Source: Promethearchaeia archaeon
GTDB lineage: Archaea; Asgardarchaeota; Lokiarchaeia; Sigyniarchaeales; SOKP01
Assembly: GCA_029856145.1 (NCBI GenBank)
Contig: JAHQWK010000019.1
Coordinates: 82,271-146,270, forward strand
DNA: 64,000 bases
Direction: 5' to 3'
In this document: positions 30,023 through 39,904 of the stretch, in pieces
Layout of the letters: every line of letters starts with the position of its first letter
Numbering within the stretch: position 1 is the first letter of the stretch
Notes under the pieces: model-generated
What the model was told of the DNA's origin: nothing
Databases searched by the model: none
What the model saw: only the letters and a program-made list of their open reading frames with translations
Made by a program: the position numbers and the translations under genes

Positions 30023-30886
30023 ATGCAAGTACAATGTAGATTGATTAATATTGCTTGTCCAACCTGTGGTATAGAAAAAACTGTATCTATTCCAGAAACT
30101 CTATTTACAGAAAAAAAATTTGGTCATGTAAAAATCCAAGTTCCGCAGGGAGCAGTATGTCAAGATCATGTATTTGTTGTATTATTAGATGTTAAGGGAA
30201 GAATTCTTGGATACCAAACTGTCGATTTATCAGTATCATCCACAGTTGATGCAAAACCAAAAGAAGAAGTTCGTTTAGAAGAAGATGAGACATTAGGTTT
30301 AATGAGATTTATTAAGATGTTTGGATTTAGATGTTTCGCGGGATTAATTCATGCAAAATTATTTAATTACCAACTATATGTTATTATAAAAAAAGATTTC
30401 CAAATGAATATGGATGAAATAAACAATGTTCTTGATGATTTTGTTCCCGAGAAGTATAAAAATAAAAGAATTTTAAAACACGTTGAATATAATGACTATG
30501 TTTTTCCTACTGCTACCTATTTCTATGCATTGGTTAAGAACCAAAGAAAAACCGCTTTCCTTATGAATCTCCATAAACATATCATTCAAATGCCTTGGCA
30601 AACCGGTTTAGATCTTGAAAAAGGTTTTATTACTTCTGCATTAAAGAATGAGGATCCAACTGAGCAGATGAGATATATATCATTTTATATTTCCAAGTTT
30701 TTAGAAGATATTGATAAAACGAAGATAATCTTAGAACCTAAAAGGAAGATCTCTAAAAAGGATTTAATCAAAAAACTAAAAGAAATTGCAATTACATCGA
30801 CTGTGACGAGGGAATATGTTACCTGTATAAAAGAATTTGTTCATAGACGAGTTTCTCCCCAAATAGCAAAGAAAATCCACGATTAA
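30023..30886 (+). CDS. hypothetical protein with N-terminal zinc-ribbon-like motif
   Basis: CPTCG...CQDH near the N-terminus. The remainder was not recognised. Confidence 0.45.
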   Translation: MQVQCRLINIACPTCGIEKTVSIPETLFTEKKFGHVKIQVPQGAVCQDHVFVVLLDVKGRILGYQTVDLSVSSTVDAKPKEEVRLEEDETLGLMRFIKMFGFRCFAGLIHAKLFNYQLYVIIKKDFQMNMDEINNVLDDFVPEKYKNKRILKHVEYNDYVFPTATYFYALVKNQRKTAFLMNLHKHIIQMPWQTGLDLEKGFITSALKNEDPTEQMRYISFYISKFLEDIDKTKIILEPKRKISKKDLIKKLKEIAITSTVTREYVTCIKEFVHRRVSPQIAKKIHD

Positions 30887-30920
30887 AAGAGAGATAATAA
30901 GGTTAATTAAAAAAAATACT

Positions 30921-32543
30921 TTATTCATTCAAACGTTTAAAGGTTTTTCCCATTATTTTATAGATATTTAAATACTCTTTAAAGAGGTTATCATAGATCT
31001 CTCTATTTTCTGGATTAGGTGTAAAAATGTTAGATATCTCACAACATCTCTGGATCTCATCCCACTTAAGGTATCCCAATCCTACTGAAGCAATAAACGC
31101 AGCTCCTCGAGCATTTGCCTGAATTGGATCTTTTACTTGTTTTATATTTCTATCTAGAACGTCTGCGAATATTTGACACCAAATATTACTCTGAGCCCCG
31201 CCACCGATAATATTAAGTTCTGGAATAACAATATCTTTTTTTGTCATACCAGGAGTCTCTTTTATCTTCCATTTTTGAATGAACTTTTCAATGTAGGTGA
31301 ATAACCATTTGATATTATATGCTACCCCCTCAAAAATCGCTCGGATGATATGTTCACGAGACATTTCTAAAGAAATATTATATAAACCCCCTCTAATAGT
31401 ATGATCATCAATAGGTGCTCTTTCTCCAATTAACCAAGGAGTAAAAATTAAATTATTTGAACCTGCTGGTACATTCTCAACTATTCTATCAAATATTTTA
31501 TATACATCAGGTACAGCTTCTTCTTTTAGCAATTCATCTTTATGATATAAGATTTTGTCTCTAAGAAAAGTTAAAGCGCCTCCTGCCATTTCTTGCTCAT
31601 TAGCAATAATATATCTGCCTGGTATTGCTGAGGGTACACTTGCCATATTATGAGCAATATCCGTTTTTTTATAAGGTACGTGGCATGTTAACCAATCAGA
31701 AGTACCAATATAAATATAACTTTCATAATTCCCTACAGCACCAGAACCTACTGTAGCACATGGTACATCTGGAGCACCAACAACAACTTTTGTATCTCTA
31801 TTTAGTCCTATTTCATCAGCTACGTCATTTTTTAATGTTCCGAGTATATCAACTGACGTCTTTAATTCTGGTAATTTATCTGAATCAATCTTTAAACCCT
31901 TAATTAGTTTTTTAGAATATTTTACATTTTCAATATCTCTAATATCTGTAACCCAATGGAGGTGAATAGAACTATATGAAGCAGCATATTTCCCCGTGAG
32001 TTTTAAATTTATAAAATCTTGAGGTTCTAAAAATTTAAATGTTCTATTATAAATCTCAGGAAGTTCATTCTTGATCCATAATATATGTGCAATAGGATCC
32101 TTACCATTATGAGATGGTCCTCCTCCAGTTCTTTTTATCCATTTTAAAATTTTACTTAAAGCATATCCTGAAACTTGGAATAAACTCTTATAGAATTTTT
32201 TAATATACTTAGCACCCCTTGTATCCATCCATATTATAGAATTCATTAGATGATTCCCATCCCTGTCAGTTGCAACGGTTCCACTCCATTGACTAGTATT
32301 ACATACTCCTACTATATCATCAATCGATACCCGTCCACTATCAATTACTTTTTGAGATGTTTTAATAATAGCATTCCACCAGTCATCTGGATCTTGCTCT
32401 ACAGCCCCTCCTTTAAACACATGTAAAGGAACTTCTTGAAAAGCCCATTCAAGAACTTCTCCTTCTGTAGACACTATAGCTGATTTTGGACCACCAGTCC
32501 CGTGATCTATTGCTAAAATGTATTTTTTTTGTGAATTAGACAT
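30921..32543 (-). CDS. FGGY-family carbohydrate kinase (xylulokinase/glycerol-kinase-like)
   Basis: LAIDHGTGGPKSAI N-terminal phosphate loop; GGGAQSNIWCQIFADVL C-terminal FGGY motif. Confidence 0.85.
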   Translation of the reverse strand: MSNSQKKYILAIDHGTGGPKSAIVSTEGEVLEWAFQEVPLHVFKGGAVEQDPDDWWNAIIKTSQKVIDSGRVSIDDIVGVCNTSQWSGTVATDRDGNHLMNSIIWMDTRGAKYIKKFYKSLFQVSGYALSKILKWIKRTGGGPSHNGKDPIAHILWIKNELPEIYNRTFKFLEPQDFINLKLTGKYAASYSSIHLHWVTDIRDIENVKYSKKLIKGLKIDSDKLPELKTSVDILGTLKNDVADEIGLNRDTKVVVGAPDVPCATVGSGAVGNYESYIYIGTSDWLTCHVPYKKTDIAHNMASVPSAIPGRYIIANEQEMAGGALTFLRDKILYHKDELLKEEAVPDVYKIFDRIVENVPAGSNNLIFTPWLIGERAPIDDHTIRGGLYNISLEMSREHIIRAIFEGVAYNIKWLFTYIEKFIQKWKIKETPGMTKKDIVIPELNIIGGGAQSNIWCQIFADVLDRNIKQVKDPIQANARGAAFIASVGLGYLKWDEIQRCCEISNIFTPNPENREIYDNLFKEYLNIYKIMGKTFKRLNE

Positions 32544-32720
32544 ATTTTATATAAATGATGTTAATGCAAATAAAGATTTATTTGACGTAAATTCATCAAA
32601 ATTTTTACAGATTATTTGATTCTTGAAAAAATAAACTTAATTTTTGATGGAATAATTTAGTAATTAATTTAGTTACCAATATAACGTAAGTTACCAATAT
32701 AACGCTAATTTTGATTTATC

Positions 32721-34127
32721 ATGAGTAGTATGAAATATGAAGAAATGAAAGCCAAGATAGAAAATATCGTAAATCAACCAATTAGAAAATTTAAGCCAGA
32801 GGAATTGAAAGGGATTATTGATAGGTATCATAAAAATCACCCAAAATCTAAAAAAGCATATGAAAGAGCACGCAAAATCATTCCTGGGGGTGTTGAGCAT
32901 AACCTTGCTTTTAATCACCCCTTTCCATTAGCAAGTAAGAGAGTGTATGACTGCTATATGGAGACTGTTGATGATGTCATTTTAACAGATTATTTAATGT
33001 GTGGTGGTCCTATCATTTTAGGTCATCAATATAAACCATTAATCGATAAAGTTGTTGAAGTTGTCCAGGAATCCGGACCGAGTCATGGAATAACTAGTGA
33101 ATATGAATATTTAGCAGCTGAAGAGCTACAAAAATATTTTCCTTCATGTGAAATTATAAGATGGCTACAATCTGGGACTGAAGCAGATATGCTTGCCATA
33201 AGAATTGCCAGAACTTTTACAAATCGTAAGTGGGTAATCAAGATTGGCGGCTCTTATCATGGTTGGTCAGATCAACTTGTGTATGATATGCATGTTCCCG
33301 GTACTAAACTATTAGAATCTCATGGAATTCCAAAGACAGTTTTTAAATGGATTGATTCATGCCCTCCAAACGATATTGACACTTTGAAACAAATGTTTAA
33401 AGAAAAACGTAAAATAGCTGCTGTTATCGTTGAACCTATGGGTGGAGAATCAGGAGCAAATCCTGTAAGGCCAGGTTTTAACAAAGAAGTTGAAGAATTG
33501 TGCCATAAAAATAAAGCTTTAATGATTTCAGATGAAGTTGTCTGTGCCTTCAGGCTACACATGGGAGGAGGTCAAGCCTATTTTGGATATAAGCCTGATT
33601 TATCCGTATTTGGGAAGATTGTCGGTCACGGATTTCCTTCTGCTGCAGCTATCGGAGGAAGAGCTGATGTAATGAGTGTGTGTGCCGCTGGACATGGTGG
33701 AGGTAAAAAGGCTTATTCTGGTGGAACTTTAGCGGCTAACCCATTAACATGCGCAGCTGCTTATTATGCTATTAAATTTGTTAAAGAAACAAATGCAACA
33801 GAAAAAGTTACAAGGGCAGGTATGAAATTATCTAATGGATTAAATAAAGTTTTTGAAAGCTATAATCTACCATGGTTCTCTTACAATTACGGAGGAACAG
33901 TTCATTTCCATACAAGTTGCTTATTTGGAATTAATTTAAATGATCCAAAACAAGCAGGACAAATACCAATAAGGAAAGACTTTATGGGTGAAATGGGGGC
34001 GGCATTAGTAGATCAAGAGATCATTTCTGTTGCAGGCAGCAGGTTCTATACATGTATACTTCATTCTGATGAAATTGTTGATGAAACTATAAAGAAAATT
34101 GATAATATATGCCAAAAAATCGAATGA
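32721..34127 (+). CDS. class-III PLP aminotransferase, glutamate-1-semialdehyde aminomutase-like
   Basis: SGTEADMLAIRIAR, DEVVCAFRL, PLP-Lys motif SVFGKIVGHGFP, GTLAANP. Confidence 0.8.
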   Translation: MSSMKYEEMKAKIENIVNQPIRKFKPEELKGIIDRYHKNHPKSKKAYERARKIIPGGVEHNLAFNHPFPLASKRVYDCYMETVDDVILTDYLMCGGPIILGHQYKPLIDKVVEVVQESGPSHGITSEYEYLAAEELQKYFPSCEIIRWLQSGTEADMLAIRIARTFTNRKWVIKIGGSYHGWSDQLVYDMHVPGTKLLESHGIPKTVFKWIDSCPPNDIDTLKQMFKEKRKIAAVIVEPMGGESGANPVRPGFNKEVEELCHKNKALMISDEVVCAFRLHMGGGQAYFGYKPDLSVFGKIVGHGFPSAAAIGGRADVMSVCAAGHGGGKKAYSGGTLAANPLTCAAAYYAIKFVKETNATEKVTRAGMKLSNGLNKVFESYNLPWFSYNYGGTVHFHTSCLFGINLNDPKQAGQIPIRKDFMGEMGAALVDQEIISVAGSRFYTCILHSDEIVDETIKKIDNICQKIE

Positions 34128-34130
34128 GCT

Positions 34131-35393
34131 TTATATCTTAAAAGCCCATTCCCCATTTCTCATAATAGACTCGCTTTTTCCATTTTTTGTTATCCCATCA
34201 ACATTCATTTTTTCTGAGCCAATCATAAAGTCAATATGTGTTTTGCTAATATTACCCCCTGCATTAGAAAACTCCTCGTTAGACATATTTTTACCATTTT
34301 TCAAAGCAAATTGAAACCCTCGACCTATAGCAATATGTGACGAGGCATTTTCATCTATAAGAGTATTATAATAAAGCATTCCTGATTGTGAAATAGGTGA
34401 ACTGTGTGGAACAAGTGCAACTTCACCTAATCTTCTTGCTCCTTCATCTGTTTCAAGTACTTTATGCAACATTTCTTCTCCTTTTTTAGCAGTTGCTTCT
34501 ATAACCCTCCCATTGGAAAAAGTTAGACTAATCTCATCAATTATAACATCTGTATGGCGAGGTTTTGTAGAAGCTACCACTCCTTCTGTCTCATCCTTAT
34601 GGGTTGTTGTGAAAACTTCTTCAGTAGGTATATTTCCTACAAAATCAATTCCACTGTGAGTTTTAAATCGTGCACTCCCCCAAATATGACCCTTAGGTAA
34701 CCCTATTGCGAGATCTGTCCCAGGGCCCTCTAATTTTAATGATACAAATTGTTTTTGATTTAAATATTTACTCCTAACTGCGAGTTGCCTGATATGTTCT
34801 TCCCAAGCAGCAATAGGGTTTTCATTTTTAACCCTGCAAATTTCAAAGATCGCATCCCAAAATTTACTTTTTTGATTTTCTTTAGGAACATCAGGAAATA
34901 CTTTTTCTGTCCAACCATCAACAGGAGCACTAATCGCAGTCCAATTTACAGCACTTTTTGATATTAAATCACTAAAAGGTTTTCTATGTTTAGCATAAGT
35001 GTTAAAAGCAGTTGCCATTAATTCTGGATCTTGACCATCGAGTAAATCAGGATTATAAGCAACAAAGAGAAGAACAGCATCTCCTCCTGTTCCAAATTCG
35101 AATTGGCAATCCATTCGCCAAGTGGGGTATTCTTCAAAAGAATCTCTTGGAGCGTGTTCAAATCGAGTTTTCCGTAATTGATCATCTTCCCAGAAAACTT
35201 CTACATATCTTGCTCCAATTTGATATGCTTTTTTAGTAATTAGCCGTACTAAAGGAGCCAATTCTATAGGTGTTCCATAAGAATATGCAGTAGGTCCCCC
35301 TATCAGTAGACGTTGTCCAGGTTGCAGATTAAGACCAATTCTTACAATAACTTCTGCGTATTTTTCTAAATTTTTTCCAAATTCCGAAGACAT
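34131..35393 (-). CDS. M29 (AmpS/PepS/aminopeptidase T) family aminopeptidase
   Basis: NIPTEEVFT, LIDENASSHIAIG, and the C-terminal THIDFMIG motif. Confidence 0.8.
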   Translation of the reverse strand: MSSEFGKNLEKYAEVIVRIGLNLQPGQRLLIGGPTAYSYGTPIELAPLVRLITKKAYQIGARYVEVFWEDDQLRKTRFEHAPRDSFEEYPTWRMDCQFEFGTGGDAVLLFVAYNPDLLDGQDPELMATAFNTYAKHRKPFSDLISKSAVNWTAISAPVDGWTEKVFPDVPKENQKSKFWDAIFEICRVKNENPIAAWEEHIRQLAVRSKYLNQKQFVSLKLEGPGTDLAIGLPKGHIWGSARFKTHSGIDFVGNIPTEEVFTTTHKDETEGVVASTKPRHTDVIIDEISLTFSNGRVIEATAKKGEEMLHKVLETDEGARRLGEVALVPHSSPISQSGMLYYNTLIDENASSHIAIGRGFQFALKNGKNMSNEEFSNAGGNISKTHIDFMIGSEKMNVDGITKNGKSESIMRNGEWAFKI

Positions 35394-35696
35394 TCAATTC
35401 ACAATGACATTTTATATTTTATACTATATATTTTATTTTGTTCTATCTCTTTTAATAGCTATCGATTTAAAACATTTAATTATAACTTTAGCATATTTTT
35501 CTAAAATTATTTCAAATTCATGAGACATTGGATTCATCTTTAATTTTTAATTGTACCCAAATACAATTAAGATCTTGTATTGGATAATGGTGAAAAAATA
35601 GTTATTAAAGATATGTTAGGGCACGCTGAGGATATTTACTGGCGCTGGTGAATCTATGATTCTATGGTGAAATTATTGTTTATAGTGTTGTGAAAT

Positions 35697-36344
35697 TTAT
35701 TTAAGGAGATCCAAAGCTTTTTTAACTGCTAAAGGAGCTGTGAGAGCCCATCCATCAGCACCTTGTTGAAATGCTATATTCTCTGTAACAGGTCCACCAC
35801 CTGCCATAATTTTTACTCCTTTTGCTTGCAAGTTTCTCCCTTTAGCTAATTTAACGATTTTTCCGATTTCAGGGAACATAGAGCTTAACATTACTGAAAC
35901 TAGAATAAGGTTTGCATTATTTTTTTCTGCCTCTTCGATAAATTTTTCAGCGGGAACATCAAATCCCAGATCAATAATTTCGAAACCTTCTGCTTCGAAT
36001 AAGTATTTAACCATATTCTTGCCAAGATCATGGATATCTCCTTTAGCAACACCAAGAACAGCAATACCTTTACTAATTGCTTTAATTTTCTCTGGGGCTA
36101 TTTTAGATTTTAAAATATTTGTGCCAGCGTAAAAAGCATCTGAGGCTAAGATCATATCTGTTAAATAGACAGTTTGCTCATATTGATCTGCAATTTCTTT
36201 TAAGCCTGGATATAAACCGTTTTTTATTGCTTCGAGCGGGTCAATCCCCGCATCTAATGCTTCCTTAGCAGCTTTTATGGCGGTTTCTTCATCAAAATTT
36301 AAAACACTTTGCTTTAGTTTATATAAAATTTCTTTTTCTGACAT
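35697..36344 (-). CDS. cobalamin-binding corrinoid protein (MtaC/MtbC-like)
   Basis: B12-binding DxHxxG motif GDIHDLGKNMV, SVMLSS, and GGGP, with an N-terminal helical cap. Confidence 0.85.
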   Translation of the reverse strand: MSEKEILYKLKQSVLNFDEETAIKAAKEALDAGIDPLEAIKNGLYPGLKEIADQYEQTVYLTDMILASDAFYAGTNILKSKIAPEKIKAISKGIAVLGVAKGDIHDLGKNMVKYLFEAEGFEIIDLGFDVPAEKFIEEAEKNNANLILVSVMLSSMFPEIGKIVKLAKGRNLQAKGVKIMAGGGPVTENIAFQQGADGWALTAPLAVKKALDLLK

Positions 36345-36349
36345 GGTTG

Positions 36350-37477
36350 TTAACCTCCTCCTTCATCTGCATAATTTGCACCCATACCAGTTTGAAAATT
36401 TTTACCATATGTTCTGGCGGCTTTCACAACTGCCATTGCATTATACAGAGGTGCATAGGGGGGATATTCACATGATGCCCCAAGAATATACCCAGCTGGT
36501 GACTTTCCAAAGACTTCGAGTTGTCTTTTACATTCTTTTATAACTTCATGAGGATTTGCCCACGCAAGTAATGAAACGCTTAAAAATCCTAAGAAAATTA
36601 ATTTTTTACCATATTTTTCAACCATTTCCTGTTCAGTTTTTACACCATCGGGCAAGAATGCGTTCTGAATTAAGACTGGTCGAAGATGCTCGATTAAAAG
36701 ATCAAAGTAGGGACCTCGACCACAAGTATGAACCATGTAAAATGCTCGTTTTTTCCGCACAAAATCAGCAATCTTCTTTTGATAGGGCATATCTAATTCT
36801 AACCACATTTCTTTACTCATAAGCTCTCTCTCGGCTAAAACAACGGGAACCATAATTGTTTGAGCCCCCGACTCAATCTGTTTTTCGATATATTCTATTT
36901 GAATATCAGTTATAATTTCTAGTGCATCATGAAGCTTATCTTTATGATGTACGAAATCTCTCACGAACTCATTAACATTGCGAAGACGACTTAATAATCC
37001 TAATGGGCCAATTGTCATCCCTCCAATCATTAAATCAGGTAGTTCTTCTTTAATAGTTTTAACAACTTTTATTTGGTTATTCATCCTGTCAGCATGGGAC
37101 CAATCAAATAATCTCTCTATGTTTTTGTAATCATTAGGCGTTTTGATTATTGGATTATATGGATCTGGATAAGCAGCGTTGTCTGGCGGATATATAATTT
37201 TAGCTCCAAAACCTTGCGCCTCAACGCAAAGATCTGGCATTGCTGTAATACCATCATATCCAAAAAGCTGTTGTGCTTCTATTTGACATCTTAAAAATAA
37301 ATCTGGTTTAGTAGCATATTCTCCATAGTTTAACCTTCTTATTTGAGCCGCTGCTGCTGAAACAAAGGGAAAGCACGGAACTCTATCAAGTTTCTTTCGC
37401 GTTAAAAGACCTGTTATTCTTTCCATTGGAGTCATATATTCTTCGCATTCTTTTGGCATTTTTTCTATTTTTGACAT
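36350..37477 (-). CDS. UroD-family methylcobamide methyltransferase (MtaA/MtbA/CmuA-like MT2)
   Basis: MTPMERITGLLTRKKLDRVPCFPF; candidate Zn ligands in VHTCGRG and GASCEYPP. The ORF track extends to 37585, but ATG 37477 (MSKIEKMPKE) removes an implausible hydrophobic leader. Confidence 0.8.
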   Translation of the reverse strand: MSKIEKMPKECEEYMTPMERITGLLTRKKLDRVPCFPFVSAAAAQIRRLNYGEYATKPDLFLRCQIEAQQLFGYDGITAMPDLCVEAQGFGAKIIYPPDNAAYPDPYNPIIKTPNDYKNIERLFDWSHADRMNNQIKVVKTIKEELPDLMIGGMTIGPLGLLSRLRNVNEFVRDFVHHKDKLHDALEIITDIQIEYIEKQIESGAQTIMVPVVLAERELMSKEMWLELDMPYQKKIADFVRKKRAFYMVHTCGRGPYFDLLIEHLRPVLIQNAFLPDGVKTEQEMVEKYGKKLIFLGFLSVSLLAWANPHEVIKECKRQLEVFGKSPAGYILGASCEYPPYAPLYNAMAVVKAARTYGKNFQTGMGANYADEGGG

Positions 37478-37774
37478 ATATTTCACTTCTTTTCTGAAAA
37501 AGGTTTTAAAAACAATATGAATTTTGAAATATTTATAATTAAAATAAGGGAATCCCAAGGTTTTAAAACTTTCACCCAAAAGCACGATCTTGTTATAAAA
37601 TTTTGTTATAAAAATATAGTATATTAACTATTTTCAAGAGAAAAAATTTAATTTATTGTCTTCACGTTAAAATTTTTATTTATGTAAAATATTTATAGGA
37701 TATTGATATTTAGATTTTCAGATTTTATTTAAAAATGTTATTGCACCCTAATTTAATGCGACGCAACAAGTAAA

Positions 37775-39904
37775 ATGCATGAAGTAAATTTAGAATTAAA
37801 AAAATTGCTAACAGACGACCAAAAGTATATTTTCATCGCTGGGGCTGGTTGTTCTATTAATTCACCTTCTAATCTTCCAAGTAGTAATGAAATAATGGAA
37901 GAAATAATTAAATTTACATGTGCAAAATCAGAAATTGAAAATATTTCTATATTGGAAGGATTAAGATTTGAAACATTATTAGAAATTATTAGAAATCAAT
38001 TAGATAATGATTTGAAAATAGTAGAATATTTTGAACAATGCAATAGACCTAATATTATTCATTTTTTTCTGGCAGAAATGGTAAACAAGGGTCATGCTGT
38101 TATTACAACAAATTTTGATTTTTTGATTGAGCATGCCCTAATTCAATCTAACATTGGTAAGGATCATATCTTTTCAGTAATAACTGAAAAAGACTATAGA
38201 GAATTTAAAAATATTTTAGAAGAATTAGACACTGGGAAAAAATTTTTATTTAAAATTCATGGATCGATGAAAGATATATTGACTGAAAGGAATACTAAAG
38301 AATACTTTCTTTCATTAATTAAAAAAATTGGTTCTTTTAAATCCGAATTTGATTTGTTTTTTGTTGAACCATATAAAGGAGTTTTACTTAATAAGCTGTT
38401 AAATAATGCCATTTTAATTCTGATAGGTTATTCTGGACAAAATGATTATGATATAATTCCCATCTTAAAGAAATATCATAAATTAAAAAGAATCCTGTGG
38501 GTTAATCATATTACAAACGATCAAGGGAATAATAACATTCTTGAGATTGGAAAAAAAAGTAAAAAACCTCCCAAAGATATGGACGACTTAGATAAAATCC
38601 TTTTTCAGATCAAGAACCAGAATCCCAATGTTGAATTATTTAGAATAAATACAAATTCAATAAAATTTATAAAAAAGATTACAGATATTGAATATGATCT
38701 TAATACTAATGACTTTTCTATAGAATTTAGAGATTGGTTACACCAAAATGTTGAAATTCCTAATATGATGATGAAATATTTGATTCCCCATGTACTGTAC
38801 TTTAATTTTGATAGATTTGATGATTCTTTCAGATGTGGTATAAGAGCACTAGAATATATTAATGAGAATGATGATCAAAATCATAAACTCTTAATTTTAA
38901 ATAATATTGCATGGTTTTACTTTAGAATGGGAAATTATTCTGAAGCAATTTTAAATTTTGAAGAAGCACTTAAAATTTCTCAGAAATTAGGTTATAAAGA
39001 TCGAGAAATTATTTATTTAAGTAATTTAGGAGAAATTGATGAGAGAATAAAGAATTTTCCTAAGGCGCTGCAAAGATACAAGGAAGCAATGAAAATACTG
39101 GAAGAAATTGGTAATCTCAGTGAAGAACTTAGAATTATTAATAGCATTATTGAAATATATGAAACAATACAAATTTATTCTGAAGCATTATTATACTCTG
39201 ATAAGGCAATTAAAATTTCTGAAAAATTGGGTGATTTAAAAAAGAAAGCAATTATATCAAACAATATCGCATCAATTCATCATAAACTTGAAAATCTTAA
39301 TTTATCTTTAGAATATTTCCAACAATCAGAAAAAATTTTCAGAAGATTAAATGATATTAGAAACTTAGCGATATGCTTGAACAATATTGGAACAATTTAT
39401 CAAAATTTTGGAGATTTTTCGATTGCTTTAGAAAAATTCGAAGAGGCTTTGGAATATGATGAAAAATTGAAAAATAAAGAAGGAAAAGCTTGGCACTTAT
39501 CTAAGGTAGGAGAAGTATATTTTAATCAAAAAAACTATATAGAATCCTTAAAATATTTTATAGATGCTATTAAAATATCCCAAGAGTTAAAAGATTTTAG
39601 AAGTGAAATGAAATTTCACAATTTGCTCGGAAAATCATATTATTATTTAAGGGATTATACAAATGCTATGAATTCATTTAATAAAGGGATAAAAATTGCA
39701 GAAATGTTTAAAGATTTACCAACAAAGGCAGATTTTCTTAACAATATTGCTGGATGTTATTTTATGCAGTTAAATTATGAAAAGTCTTTAAAATCTGCTG
39801 AAGAGTCACTTTTAATTCTTAAATTAATTGGATTGGGAAAATCTATAAAAGCAATAACTTTAGAAAAGAAAATAATGAATATGAAAAATCAAATTAAACT
39901 ATAG
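37775..39904 (+). CDS. SIR2_2-domain protein fused to about 8-9 TPR repeats
   Basis: N-terminal IFIAGAGCSINSPSNLPS, ITTNFDFLIEHAL, FKIHGS, LILIGYSGQNDYDI match the SIR2-like (PF13289-type) pattern. The C-terminal ~350 aa contain repeated A/Y/L TPR signatures (YSEAILNFEEALKISQKLGD...). Confidence 0.75.
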   Translation: MHEVNLELKKLLTDDQKYIFIAGAGCSINSPSNLPSSNEIMEEIIKFTCAKSEIENISILEGLRFETLLEIIRNQLDNDLKIVEYFEQCNRPNIIHFFLAEMVNKGHAVITTNFDFLIEHALIQSNIGKDHIFSVITEKDYREFKNILEELDTGKKFLFKIHGSMKDILTERNTKEYFLSLIKKIGSFKSEFDLFFVEPYKGVLLNKLLNNAILILIGYSGQNDYDIIPILKKYHKLKRILWVNHITNDQGNNNILEIGKKSKKPPKDMDDLDKILFQIKNQNPNVELFRINTNSIKFIKKITDIEYDLNTNDFSIEFRDWLHQNVEIPNMMMKYLIPHVLYFNFDRFDDSFRCGIRALEYINENDDQNHKLLILNNIAWFYFRMGNYSEAILNFEEALKISQKLGYKDREIIYLSNLGEIDERIKNFPKALQRYKEAMKILEEIGNLSEELRIINSIIEIYETIQIYSEALLYSDKAIKISEKLGDLKKKAIISNNIASIHHKLENLNLSLEYFQQSEKIFRRLNDIRNLAICLNNIGTIYQNFGDFSIALEKFEEALEYDEKLKNKEGKAWHLSKVGEVYFNQKNYIESLKYFIDAIKISQELKDFRSEMKFHNLLGKSYYYLRDYTNAMNSFNKGIKIAEMFKDLPTKADFLNNIAGCYFMQLNYEKSLKSAEESLLILKLIGLGKSIKAITLEKKIMNMKNQIKL

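Noticed and set aside
35394-35696. Looked for a cobalamin riboswitch or other structured leader near the corrinoid-protein genes. Also saw a 34-codon minus-strand ORF (35433-35537).
   Set aside because: No B12-box-like sequence, and the region lies downstream, not upstream, of the corrinoid operon. The mini-ORF has no SD or recognisable motif.
36350-37585. Long version of the MT2 methyltransferase ORF, with a 36-aa N-terminal leader (MLLGESFKTLGFPYFNYKYFKIHIVFKTFFRKEVKY).
   Set aside because: The leader is translated AT-rich promoter DNA with no similarity to the family. ATG 37477 gives the typical N-terminus.
37590-37613. Tandem direct repeat TTGTTATAAAA x2 in the divergent MT2 / SIR2-TPR intergenic region, possibly twin TATA boxes.
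   Set aside because: TATA-like words are everywhere in DNA this AT-rich. Without transcription start data, the repeat cannot be told apart from background.
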